From an uncultured Candidatus Saccharibacteria bacterium (GTDB lineage Bacteria > Patescibacteriota > Minisyncoccia > Phycocordibacterales > UBA9973): a stretch of 64,000 nt of DNA. The notes beneath the pieces were generated by a model. That model saw only the letters and a program-made list of their open reading frames with translations. It had not been told where the DNA came from and did not search any database. This document shows positions 10,574-21,800 of the stretch, piece after piece. Each line of letters starts with the position of its first letter. Position 1 is the stretch's first letter. Both the position numbers and the translations under genes were made by a program. The stretch is taken from NCBI GenBank assembly GCA_964527235.1, contig CAZGNC010000003.1:47809-111808 (forward strand). Direction: 5' to 3'.

Positions 10574-10613
10574 TAGAACATATTAGCATAAAATCGAATT
10601 TTCTCCGAACACA

Positions 10614-10645
10614 AAAAGAAAAACCCCCTTGCGGGGGCCTTTCTG
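10614..10645 (-). terminator. Terminator of the Lys-rich peptide gene
   Basis: CCCCC-ttgc-GGGGG hairpin with A-tract on the + strand (U-tract on minus). Confidence 0.65.
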
Positions 10646-10655
10646 AAAGATAAGA

Positions 10656-10733
10656 CTAAGCTCGCTTCTTTTTTGAAGCCTTCTTTGTTGTCTTTTTCTT
10701 TGCTGCCTTCTTTGCTTTCTTTTTTGCTGCCAT
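10656..10733 (-). CDS. 25-aa Lys/Ala-rich histone-H1-like peptide (not in ORF track)
   Basis: Reads MAAKKKAKKAAKKKTTKKASKKKRA*; upstream TTGTAA-17-GATAAT and downstream terminator. Confidence 0.75.
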   Translation of the reverse strand: MAAKKKAKKAAKKKTTKKASKKKRA

Positions 10734-10873
10734 AATAGTTTTTAAGAACTTAATTTTTTAATTGTGATTTGCAATAATCACGACCTTGAAAATATTTTTC
10801 AAAATAATTATTGCAAGGAACAACTTAATTATCTCGCATATTAAAATTTATTACAATACTTTTTTCACAAAAC

Positions 10874-10882
10874 TGTGGATAA
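10874..10882 (-). promoter_or_regulatory. DnaA box in AT-rich intergenic region
   Basis: TGTGGATAA is the reverse complement of TTATCCACA. Confidence 0.5.
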
Positions 10883-10988
10883 CTTTTTTATTTTCAAAAA
10901 TAAAAATATAAAATATTTTTTAAAAAAATTAATTATTTACTTAAAATAAAAAATTCTCGACCTTTCGATCAAGAATTCTTTATTATTA

Positions 10989-11065
10989 TTTTCATTTGAG
11001 GCGAGTGATGGCGAAACTCCAACATATGTGCCTATGTGAGTGCGACCACTCGCCACAGATGAAAA
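10989..11065. repeat. About 77-nt imperfect inverted repeat, REP/MITE-like
   Basis: TTTTCATTTG-A-GGCGAGTG ... CACTCGCC-A-CAGATGAAAA. Confidence 0.55.
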
Positions 11066-11095
11066 CAATATAACCATTATATCATACTATTCTCG

Positions 11096-11166
11096 TGGAC
11101 CCACGGGGAATCGGACCCCGGCCTCGTCCATGCCATGGACGCGTAATACCATTTTACTATGGGCCC
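11096..11166 (-). tRNA. tRNA-Ala(GGC), CCA not encoded
   Basis: GGGCCCA/TGGGTCC acceptor stem with G3:U70; CGTCC-ATGGCAT-GGACG anticodon arm; T-arm CGGGG-TCCGATT-CCCCG. Confidence 0.9.
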
Positions 11167-11192
11167 AGAATGAGATAAATCTATTATATAAG

Positions 11193-11552
11193 TTACAAAT
11201 TGGCAACAATAAAACCAATTAAAACAAACACGAAACCAATGAGTACGTTCCCCTCAGGAGCTGTTTTAAACACTACTTTTGCAATGATTATCTCGGCCAC
11301 AACTAAAGCCGTCCAGCTTGTAAGTGTTACCAACCAGATATTGTTATTAAAAACCTTTATCCCATATAGATAACCTCCTAATAATGCAAAAACTCCAACA
11401 ATAGATACCCATATATACCAATTGTTTAATTTAAATATTTGCAGGACGCTTGCCCCTGATGCACTAACTTTAGCACCGAACACCTGAGCAAGAATCATGA
11501 GAGACTCCCCTAGTGCAATCATTGATAGAGTTAATATTTTTTGCCAAAGCAT
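11193..11552 (-). CDS. Small 4-TM membrane protein (SMR/DMT-like size)
   Basis: 119 aa, four hydrophobic helices. Confidence 0.6.
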   Translation of the reverse strand: MLWQKILTLSMIALGESLMILAQVFGAKVSASGASVLQIFKLNNWYIWVSIVGVFALLGGYLYGIKVFNNNIWLVTLTSWTALVVAEIIIAKVVFKTAPEGNVLIGFVFVLIGFIVANL

Positions 11553-11567
11553 GTTGCTGGGTTAATC

Positions 11568-12458
11568 TTATATTCTCTCTAATATATGTTCTACCACATG
11601 ACTCATACGAGCACCGACGGATTCACAAGATTGATGAAAATGAGAGCCATTCTCTAAGTTAGGCAAGAAACTAACATCTGTAAGATATATACCGAATTTA
11701 GGATGCATCGTGAAATGCGTATTTAAATAAAACTTAGCATCTAAATGCCCAAATAAATCTTTAACTAAAGCATAAATCTTCTCTTTTTCGTGTCTAGCTA
11801 GACCAATAATCGGCATAATATATACATCCTCTCCCCGAAACCCAGCAATACTATGCACTTCAGTACTCTTACCTGGTACAAGTTCTTCTACTAGAACACT
11901 TCCCCCATAAGATGAGATATCATCAATAGCCCCAGCTAATTCGTTGAAAGTTTTCGCCACATATACGCCGACATTTGGATTCTCAGGGAAAGATCTAATA
12001 ATCCAAGGTGAACCGAACTTCTCGAAGGTTTCTTTCGCTTTCTTTATCGCATATCTCTCTCGCGGACCATCGAAGTCTTCTTGATATTGAGGGAAGATAA
12101 TATGTCGAGGTAAACTTACCCCCATCTTTTGCATGTGCTCTCGCAACATCTCTCTACTATTCACTAATAAACTAGAAAAGGGCGAGGAGTTAACATGCGG
12201 AATAGAAAAATTATGCAAAACTTGCGTAACTTCAGGTGGCAACGTGCTCCAAACCACATCTACCTTCTCAGCTAGATTTGGTAATGATATCGGCATTCCT
12301 CCCATATGCCACACACCCTCGCGATCTACAAATATATCAACGGGTTTATATTTATGAGAAAGTTGCTCTGATATGAGCGACAAAATATCACCACCTTTTT
12401 TCAAAGAAGATTCATAATGATTCCCTGTCCCGCCACGAAGCACACCGACTCGTTTCAT
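11568..12458 (-). CDS. Divergent D-Ala-D-Ala ligase-like ATP-grasp protein
   Basis: RVGVLRGG...SSLKKG N-terminus, VLVEELVPG; several catalytic motifs altered. Confidence 0.65.
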   Translation of the reverse strand: MKRVGVLRGGTGNHYESSLKKGGDILSLISEQLSHKYKPVDIFVDREGVWHMGGMPISLPNLAEKVDVVWSTLPPEVTQVLHNFSIPHVNSSPFSSLLVNSREMLREHMQKMGVSLPRHIIFPQYQEDFDGPRERYAIKKAKETFEKFGSPWIIRSFPENPNVGVYVAKTFNELAGAIDDISSYGGSVLVEELVPGKSTEVHSIAGFRGEDVYIMPIIGLARHEKEKIYALVKDLFGHLDAKFYLNTHFTMHPKFGIYLTDVSFLPNLENGSHFHQSCESVGARMSHVVEHILERI

Positions 12459-12474
12459 ATCTATAGATTATAAC

Positions 12475-12506
12475 AAAAAAAACCCCGCAAATGCGAGGTG
12501 TTTTTT
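12475..12506 (-). terminator. Terminator after the 16S transcript
   Basis: CCCCGCA-aa-TGCGAGG hairpin between A8 and T tracts. Confidence 0.6.
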
Positions 12507-12528
12507 GAAAGTCCGCTGTAAAAGCGGT

Positions 12529-12557
12529 TTGCTGTTCTATGTTTTGTTTCGTTCTAT
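12529..12557. repeat. 3' arm of the 16S processing (RNase III-type) stem
   Basis: TTGCTGTTCTATGTTTTGTTTCGTTCTA pairs with TAGAACGAAACAAAACACAAAACAGCAA at 14262-14289. Confidence 0.8.
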
Positions 12558-12691
12558 TTTAACTCCAGACCTTTCTCTGGCGTCAGATTCTTTTTAGGAT
12601 ATGAAATCATTATCCATTGTGTCGTCAATTGAGCGACACAACACCGACTCACTAGACTACAATCTTCCGAAGAAGATCGTAGCGTTTTTCA

Positions 12692-14256
<1,565 letters not shown>

Positions 14257-14430
14257 AGTATTAGAACGAAACAAAACACAAAACAGCAATGTATTTGTAT
14301 TTTTACTTTTAACCCTAGCTCTAAAAATTATTTAATCGAAACAAACTTGAGACTTGCGTCCCCGATTTTACTCGGGGGTTCTCAATCTTACCCCGCACTC
14401 AGATCTTTCAGTTTGAGGCGGGGCTTATTC

Positions 14431-14520
14431 AATTTTCAAGATACAGTGAAACAAAAACGCCATACCCAAACGGATAGACGTGCTAGGGAGAAGTATATAC
14501 GAAGCCGAATAGCAAGTCAA
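14431..14520 (-). promoter_or_regulatory. rRNA promoter and boxA-like antitermination site
   Basis: TTGACT(14515-20)-17-TATACT(14492-97); GTATCTTGAAAATT at 14431-14444. Confidence 0.7.
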
Positions 14521-14522
14521 GC

Positions 14523-14557
14523 GCTAAAAATGCCCTATTTTATAGGGCATTTTTAGC
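14523..14557 (-). terminator. Terminator after the SWIB/peptide unit
   Basis: GCTAAAAATGCCCTAT-ttt-ATAGGGCATTTTTAGC. Confidence 0.8.
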
Positions 14558-14567
14558 TTTATTCTAT

Positions 14568-14633
14568 TTATTTCTTTTTTGCTTTCTTAGGCTTTTTTAC
14601 GTCCTTGCGATAAGCGTTATTTCCTTTTCCCAT
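14568..14633 (-). CDS. 21-aa basic peptide (not in ORF track)
   Basis: Reads MGKGNNAYRKDVKKPKKAKKK*, between the SWIB gene and the terminator. Confidence 0.6.
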   Translation of the reverse strand: MGKGNNAYRKDVKKPKKAKKK

Positions 14634-14657
14634 AATTTATATGATTTTTGTTATTAA

Positions 14658-14915
14658 TTAGGAAAGATGCTTAGAGACAAGCTTGGTCATCTCGAACATA
14701 CTGACGGTAGCCTTACCACCGAAAACCTTCTTTAGGTTCTCATCAGCATTGATGTTACGCTTGTTCTTTTGATCTTGTAGACCATTCTTTTTAATGTAAA
14801 CCCACAAAGCCTTAACAACCTCTGATCGAGGCATAGGCCCCTTGCCTACTACTTCAGCAAGCTCAGCGCTTATATTCATAGGCTTCATAAATGCGGAAAC
14901 TTTTTTGTCTGCCAT
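14658..14915 (-). CDS. Stand-alone SWIB/MDM2 domain protein
   Basis: S.ELA.VVG...PRSEVVKALW.YIKKNGLQD.KNKRNINADE.L..VFGG...VSMFEMTKLVSKHL. Confidence 0.92.
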   Translation of the reverse strand: MADKKVSAFMKPMNISAELAEVVGKGPMPRSEVVKALWVYIKKNGLQDQKNKRNINADENLKKVFGGKATVSMFEMTKLVSKHLS

Positions 14916-14977
14916 ATTTTTCTTTTACTTAAATTATTAACTATTAATCTATCCCTGGTATTATACCATATACTTAA

Positions 14978-16468
14978 TTATTTCTCTAAGTCTAGTATCT
15001 CGTCAATGCGAATCTGTGAGACGAAGTCTGGAACGTGGGAGACCAATATCATCGCCCCTTCGTATTGGTCAAGTGCCTTGGCTATAATCGGCAAGTGACG
15101 AAAGTTGATGTGGTTCGTCGGCTCATCTAGTATAAGTAGTCCCGGGCGTTGCAATACTAGAGTCGCAAAAGCGACCAGCCCCTTCTGCCCTTCTGAAAGG
15201 TCACGAATCTTGGTGTGAATAATATCGCTTGTTATAAGAAAGTTAGCAGCCACACTTCGCATATACTCTTCATCTATTTTCCCGGTTACTTCTTTAAGGA
15301 CTTTCGTAAGAGCCGCATGCACAGACTCATCGAAGTTAAGCGTCGAGAAATCCTGCCTATAGTAGCCCACTCTGACACCTTCCATTATTTTCGCACCTTT
15401 TGCGTGCCCTTTAGCCAGAGATTCTAATAATGTGCTTTTACCGATACCGTTTGGGCCAGACAGAAGTAAATGCATCTTCTTCCTCAAGTTTATCTTTGCC
15501 TTTTTCGCCACGATCTTGTGGGAATGTGGATCCATGATATCAAGCGAGGTGATACTAACGATATCTCCTAGAAGTTCTGGTTGATTTGGAATAGTGAATT
15601 GCCTGATTGTTTTGTCTTCTTTACGCACGTCCACCATTTCTTCTTCGAGTTCTTCAGCTTTCTCGCGCATACGACGAGCAACCAGACGCAGGCGTCCACC
15701 TTTATAAGCGAATTCGTTGGCCTGATCTTTCTTAGCTTGAATTTCTTTAGCGAGTTGGGCGTTCTTCATGTTTTCTTTCTCCACTCGTGCAGAAATTTGT
15801 TCAACCACATTGAAATAGTTACCTACATACTGCTCCACATGAAGAGTATAGATATCTAGATAAAACACCGCTTCAGTGAAAGCATTTAAGAATTCCGCAT
15901 CGTGAGAAATAACCAAAACTGTTTTCTTGTAATTCACCAAGAACTCAGTTAGGTGTGAGATACCTGCTTTGTCTAAGTTATTAGTCGGCTCATCAAGTAG
16001 AAGAATATCTGGCTCTTGAATCAAAGCTGACGCGAGAAGTAGTCTTGCTTGCTGGCCTCCAGAGAAAGTACGAATAACTCTATCGTGAACTTTCTGGTGA
16101 CCTTTAAGATTCACAACTTCTAAAACATCATCTATCTTGGGGTCTATATCGTAAACTTTCTTTTCTGTGACATTCGCGAGAGCCTTCTCGAAAAATTCTC
16201 GCACAGTTAAATCTAAATCTTCTCTTGGAATAACTTGTCGAGAAAGCGCGATGGTTGTACGAGGAGAAATATGTATCTGACCATCCTCGGGCTCGCGCTC
16301 GCCGGTGATAAGCGAAAATATAGTACTTTTCCCTGCGCCGTTCTGTCCCATAAGTGTTGCTTTCATGCCACGACGCACCGAAAGATCCACTTCTTCTAAA
16401 ATTGGTTTGTTGTGCCCGTAGTTAAACGACACCTTATCAAATCTTATTATTGTTTCAGCTTGAGCCAT
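14978..16468 (-). CDS. ABC-F family ATPase
   Basis: Two ABC domains (GQNGAGKST, FSGGQ, LDEPTNNLD; GPNGIGKST, LDEPTNH); no TM segments. Confidence 0.9.
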   Translation of the reverse strand: MAQAETIIRFDKVSFNYGHNKPILEEVDLSVRRGMKATLMGQNGAGKSTIFSLITGEREPEDGQIHISPRTTIALSRQVIPREDLDLTVREFFEKALANVTEKKVYDIDPKIDDVLEVVNLKGHQKVHDRVIRTFSGGQQARLLLASALIQEPDILLLDEPTNNLDKAGISHLTEFLVNYKKTVLVISHDAEFLNAFTEAVFYLDIYTLHVEQYVGNYFNVVEQISARVEKENMKNAQLAKEIQAKKDQANEFAYKGGRLRLVARRMREKAEELEEEMVDVRKEDKTIRQFTIPNQPELLGDIVSITSLDIMDPHSHKIVAKKAKINLRKKMHLLLSGPNGIGKSTLLESLAKGHAKGAKIMEGVRVGYYRQDFSTLNFDESVHAALTKVLKEVTGKIDEEYMRSVAANFLITSDIIHTKIRDLSEGQKGLVAFATLVLQRPGLLILDEPTNHINFRHLPIIAKALDQYEGAMILVSHVPDFVSQIRIDEILDLEK

Positions 16469-16542
16469 ACAGAGTATTACTTTACATTACTTTTACCAAA
16501 ATAGAAAGAAAAAATATCATATTAATGCTATACTCGAATCCT

Positions 16543-17271
16543 ATGACCCAATCAGAGTCCGCAGACTACCCTATGCGCATAAACAAATATCTAGCTCTCA
16601 AAAAGCACTCAACCCGTCGTGGAGCCGACGAACTCATTAAAGATAAGAAGGTTTTTATCAATGGGCGCCTCGCTGTACTAGGAGACAAGGTCAATGAAAC
16701 CGATCAAGTCGACGTGCGTTTTAGAGGTAAGATGAAACCCTATAATTACGTCGCCTACAACAAGCCAAAAGGCGTAATAACCCACTCAGCAGAGGAAGGT
16801 GAAGAAGACATAAAGAGCGCGCTTTCGAAAGATAAGACAATGCAGGGACTGTTCCCTGTTGGGCGTCTGGATAAGGATTCTCATGGGCTTATCATTCTAA
16901 CTGATGATGGACGAATCACCGAGAGACTGCTCGGGCCAAAGTATTTTCACGAGAAAGAATATCTAGTGAAGACTAAGACACCACTACGTGCAAACTTCAA
17001 AGAAAAAATGGAAGCTGGTGTAAAGATAGAAAATGAGCAAACCACGAAATGCAAAGTGCGCATCATAAATGCAAGAACTTTTAAAGTTACCCTAACCGAG
17101 GGTAAGAAACACCAGATCAGACGAATGTGTGTAGCTCTCTTCACTGAAGTCGAGGATCTCAAAAGAATTCGTGTGATGAATATCGAACTCGGTAAATTAG
17201 CTTCCGGGGCGTTCAGAAAAATTGAAGGAGAAGAACTCAAGAAATTCCTAGAAGCATTAGAGCTGGCTTAG
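16543..17271 (+). CDS. RsuA/RluF-family pseudouridine synthase
   Basis: S4 domain RINKYL..RRGADELI; GRLDKDSHGL; EGKKHQIRRM; start moved to MTQSE. Confidence 0.92.
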   Translation: MTQSESADYPMRINKYLALKKHSTRRGADELIKDKKVFINGRLAVLGDKVNETDQVDVRFRGKMKPYNYVAYNKPKGVITHSAEEGEEDIKSALSKDKTMQGLFPVGRLDKDSHGLIILTDDGRITERLLGPKYFHEKEYLVKTKTPLRANFKEKMEAGVKIENEQTTKCKVRIINARTFKVTLTEGKKHQIRRMCVALFTEVEDLKRIRVMNIELGKLASGAFRKIEGEELKKFLEALELA

Positions 17272-17339
17272 TTTGTGCTCAACAACTATCCTGTTATAAT
17301 AATAAGATTATTAGGTTAGTATAAAATTAAATAAAGATA

Positions 17340-17780
17340 ATGAAAAAAATCATATTAGGTTTGTTTGCTTTTGCTTTACTCGTTGCACCTGTTGCCTTCG
17401 CAGAACGTGGCAGTGAAAGTGCTCGTGTAAAGACGACTAAAACAGTTAACACTACTTGTGTAGGTACAGCTGTAGGGGTAAGAGAAGATGCAGTCATGAC
17501 TGCATGGAGTAAGTTTGATGACGCAGTAACTGCTGTGCTTACAGCGCGAAAAACTGCATTAGTAAGTGCTTGGTCTTTGACTGACGCTACTGCTCGAAAA
17601 GCAGCTGTTAAAGCCGCATGGGCAACTGCAAAGAAAGATCGAAAAGCAGCAGCAAGTACATACAAGACAGAAAGAAAAGCAGCTTGGAGTGCTTTTAAGA
17701 CTGCAGTTAAGGCTTGCGGAGGTAGTGATGCAAGTGAGGCTGAAGACGAGAAGGATTCTGGCACTTCTGTAGACCTATAG
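17340..17780 (+). CDS. Secreted Ala/Lys-rich helical protein
   Basis: Signal peptide ending VAFA; repeated W/A/K helices. Confidence 0.7.
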   Translation: MKKIILGLFAFALLVAPVAFAERGSESARVKTTKTVNTTCVGTAVGVREDAVMTAWSKFDDAVTAVLTARKTALVSAWSLTDATARKAAVKAAWATAKKDRKAAASTYKTERKAAWSAFKTAVKACGGSDASEAEDEKDSGTSVDL

Positions 17781-17794
17781 AAAACAAAAGTCCT

Positions 17795-17832
17795 AAATTT
17801 AAAAACCCCGGTCTCCCGGGGTTTTTAAATTT
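17795..17832. terminator. Bidirectional terminator
   Basis: AAATTTAAAAACCCCGG-tctc-CCGGGGTTTTTAAATTT. Confidence 0.85.
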
Positions 17833-18108
17833 CTATTCTTCTGATTTACCTAGATCAGACATCTGTAGTGGGCTCACTACTTTAGGAGGATTCATGTCGA
17901 TGATCCCGAACTGACTTTCATAATTCTCGATTTGTTTATTCATCCAGACAGCGATACTTTTCATTTTTTGTGGAGTAGTTGCATAAGCATCTAAGTTGTT
18001 GCCTGAAGTTAGGGCGAAGCCAAAGAAGTCTTTACCGAAAGCACCTATAGCGCCATCGATAAATTTCTTCGGCAGTTGATTCATATTAACTTTCGTTGGA
18101 TCTATCAT
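17833..18108 (-). CDS. Hypothetical protein (DUF3467-like)
   Basis: TPQKMK...M..QIENYE.QFG.I pattern. Confidence 0.55.
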   Translation of the reverse strand: MIDPTKVNMNQLPKKFIDGAIGAFGKDFFGFALTSGNNLDAYATTPQKMKSIAVWMNKQIENYESQFGIIDMNPPKVVSPLQMSDLGKSEE

Positions 18109-18109
18109 T

Positions 18110-18874
18110 TTATTTTATAGTTAGATTTTTAATTACGCCTTGTGCGTCTGTAGAGTAAGTATAGTTCCTCTTTTCTTGTACGTGGCCATCTTCATAGATA
18201 ACTACGCCAGAATTATCATTGGTGTTAATAGTCGCCGAAACATAGTACCATTGCCCTCCCAGCACCGGCTTGGTAGGAGAAAGTTTAGCCAAATTGTCTT
18301 TCAAGTATTCTTCGACGTTAGATCTCTCAGTAAAGTCCGAACAAGCAACATCGGTAAGATCTAATGTGTAATTTATTTTCGCACCCTTTTTGTAAACATA
18401 CACACCATCTCCTCTATCAACCATTTCTGCAAATCCAATACTAGCAGTGCCTTCACCGAAAATTATTTTCAACTCCTCCTGCACGCTCATGCCTTCTCCT
18501 TGTGAATACCACCAGAGGTTAGCAGTACGCGCCATCATTGTCTTATCAACAGGACCAACTGTACCCTTGATCTCGCCCACCTTACTGTCTTTTTCTGCTG
18601 GTAGGAAATTTAATTCTCCAGTGACCTTTTCCCCGTCGAGCAACATGCGCAATGTATAACGATCATAGAAACCAGTTTCATTTGGTGTGCTAAATTTAGC
18701 AAAGCAAAGCTCTATAGGCTTCGTAATGCCTTCTAGTTCACCTCCCTGCTCTCCTGGAACTTCTTCTGTGGGAACTGGGGTGGGAACATATTCTATGTTG
18801 GATTTCTTGCTTACTAACCAGAAAATTAGCCCGAAAAAGCAAATCAATATTAGTACATACTTTAGAGTTTTCAT
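18110..18874 (-). CDS. Membrane-anchored hypothetical protein
   Basis: N-terminal TM; start at MKTLKY, 6 nt after TATAAT; similar to 25755-26267. Confidence 0.7.
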   Translation of the reverse strand: MKTLKYVLILICFFGLIFWLVSKKSNIEYVPTPVPTEEVPGEQGGELEGITKPIELCFAKFSTPNETGFYDRYTLRMLLDGEKVTGELNFLPAEKDSKVGEIKGTVGPVDKTMMARTANLWWYSQGEGMSVQEELKIIFGEGTASIGFAEMVDRGDGVYVYKKGAKINYTLDLTDVACSDFTERSNVEEYLKDNLAKLSPTKPVLGGQWYYVSATINTNDNSGVVIYEDGHVQEKRNYTYSTDAQGVIKNLTIK

Positions 18875-18894
18875 ACCCCCATTATACCACAAAA

Positions 18895-21800
18895 CTACAC
18901 CACTAATTGCTTAGCTATGAATCCTCTCCTGGAGGTAAACTTACCCGTCGAAAGAATTTTTGTATAAGTACCATCAGGGTTTCTTCTTTCAACTACCATA
19001 TGGTATTCACCAGGTGGAACCAAACAACAATAACGCCCATACTGATCTGTCACGGTACGTCGTATTTCTAAATTAACATTTGAATGGAATAGGCGAACTA
19101 GTGCAAATGCCAAAGGAGCCCCATCTGCCTTAAATTTCACAACACCGTACTTACTTGTTTTTGCTACACTTCTAAGACCCAAGAGGGCAAATTGCAAAGC
19201 CATGATAGTAACATTAAGTGATGACGGATTAATATAGACGTTAGCTAAGGAAAATACTAAGCCTGCGTAGAACAAGAACCCAGTAATGTGAACCCAGAAA
19301 ATCTCATGCTTCGAGAAAAAATACATACCCTTTTTGGTAACTTTATAGTATTGATTCTGGTCGAAATTTTCTTGATCCATTGGTATATCCATACTAACGA
19401 ACGCTTTGTCTGGCGTAACGGTAAATGAATTCCCGAAATAAAGATTGTCATAAATAATATCTTTACCTGTTGGTGAAATTTTCTTAGAAGGAAATGAGAA
19501 ATTTTCTTTTCTAACTTCCAAAACATATTCTCCTGGAGGTGCCACAAACCCATACCTACCATCGATATCTGTAACTGTAGAAGCAATTTCTTTACCTGAT
19601 AAATCCTTCAAAACAACGAGCACAGGATCAAGCGGTTGCTTGGTTTCGCTATCATATACTGTGCCCCAATTTCTCCTTCTCTTTCTAGTGCCAAAAATAG
19701 AGATTGTATCAAGCCAAGATCTCTTGAAACTCAAAACTGAAAATAATGCTGGATATGTGAAGGTCTCCAAAGCCACCAAACCACCTGCTGTAGCCATACC
19801 TACCACAGGTACAATAATCATAACTTCTTCTCCAGCCTCCCGTGCAACATTTAAAACCAAGCCAGAGGCCTTTCTTAAGGCTTTAGCGCCTGTACTTAAC
19901 ACACTGCGTATACTTTCTTCTAGGGATACCTGTAGGGTGATGACTTCATCCTCAGGAGTAGTAAGTGGTACCACAGGATCTTCTACAACACTAGGTGAAT
20001 TTTCAGTAGAATCTTCAGGTGAAGTGGGCGGTGTATCGACTACAGGTGGAGTAGGTTTCTTGTCTTCTTTTTTGGATTTATTTTTATCTGGGTTAGTTAA
20101 TCGTGAATTTAAAGGAGCTGGAGAATCTACCGGCATTGATAATAATTCTGTAAGTGCCCTTAGTGTTCGAGTGCTCCTGCTTCCGCTAGAACCACCCCCA
20201 GAAGGAGCTGGTGTGTAGTAAATAACAACTGCTTTGTTGGCAGCTAGATTGGTGGCTGGTGTGAAATCTGACATAGCATTGCCATACTCATCGTTTATTG
20301 TTCCAGATATCGATAGAACTTCTAAGTCTGAAGAAATATCTCCAGTTTGTGCAGTATAGTTGCATGTACCAGTTGTAGAACTAGTTACAGTAAAAGTACA
20401 GGTCCTGTCAGTTGCCCCAGTTTCTAAAGTTACAGTTACAACCCCCACAGAAGTTACCGCTTCGGAAAAAGTAACATCAATGTCTATAACTTCGCCGACA
20501 GTATAAGATCCATCTGCCTTGTCTGAAGATACATTTGTTATTGTTGGCGCTGTTGTATCTATAACAAATGCGACAGCACCTCCATTCGCAGTGGAGTACG
20601 ATGATGTCGCTCCCGAGTTGTCTTCGGTGCGAACTCTCCAGTAGTACGAACCGCCACTTAAAGTCTGCCCAGCTGTTCCTGTTGAATAAGACCCAGACCC
20701 AGCTGCTTGACCAACAGTGAAAGAGAAAGCTCCTTGAGCTGCTAATGCAGATGTGTAATCCACCACCAAGCTACCGAAGTTAGAAGAATCATCTATTTCG
20801 ATTTTGTATTTTACGGTGTCAGATCCATCGCTATCACTCAAAGAGAAAGTAAGCGTAGGTGTGGTGTCACCTGTAGTAGAACCATCTACATAACCTGCCC
20901 CACCTAGAGACGAGGGCGCGTCAGGATTACTGTTGAATCCCCAACCAGTATTATTGCCACCATTAGTAATGTTAAGTCCAGACACAGGTATAGTGGTAAC
21001 ATTTATGTTGTTCGAGTCTGTGACACTAAGATATGATATTGTGCGAGTGCCCTGTGGATCTAGCTCCCATTGATTAGTAGGCGAATTAGATACTAGAGAA
21101 AGCAGAGAGCCACTTTGACCATTTAGAGTCATCGTGCCCGTGATGGTTTGCGTACCGTTGTTTGCAAAAGTTAGAGTGTCTGCAGAAGAAACCGATTTGG
21201 TTAAATTTCGAAAAGTTGTAGAGCCAAGTATCGACTGCGAAGTTCCGTCGAGAGTTACGGTGCCCGTGCGAGGAGTGAATGTCCCAGAGTTACTCCAGTT
21301 GCCTCCAACAGTCATGTTGTAAGGAGTTGCTGTGGCGTCTAGGGTGCCTGCAGTAATTGTTAAGTTACCATTGATATCAAGTGTAGCAGGCAGAGAAAAT
21401 GTGTCGGTAGCGCCGTCAGTACTATTTATAGTTAAGTGATGATACGCATAGTTTTTAAGAGTGTATGAATCTGCACCAGCGTCACCGTCACCTGTATAGA
21501 GAACAGTAGACCCAGAAGCGAGTGAAGGATAAGTCGCGTTAGCTGTGATGGTTTCATTGCCTCTTAATTTCAATGTTCCAGAAGCGCCGACTGTAAATAC
21601 CCCAGAAGATCCATTCACTGTCACACTGTTACCATTCAAATTTAAAGTTCCCTGTGTTAAAACTAAATCCTGATTCGCGGCATCTAGGGTAAAGGTAGAA
21701 AGAAGTTGCACTTCTCCACTCGACTTATTTATCGTCATGTCACCATTAAAGACTGTTGCGGATGCGGAAGAAAAAGTTTGCGTAGAAGCAGACCCGAGAA

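Noticed and set aside
10740-10990. Replication origin
   Set aside because: AT-rich with only one perfect DnaA box; no box cluster and no dnaA/dnaN nearby
11040-11222. 60-aa ORF
   Set aside because: Antisense to tRNA-Ala
17327-17764. 145-aa minus-strand ORF
   Set aside because: Antisense shadow of the signal-peptide-bearing gene at 17340-17780
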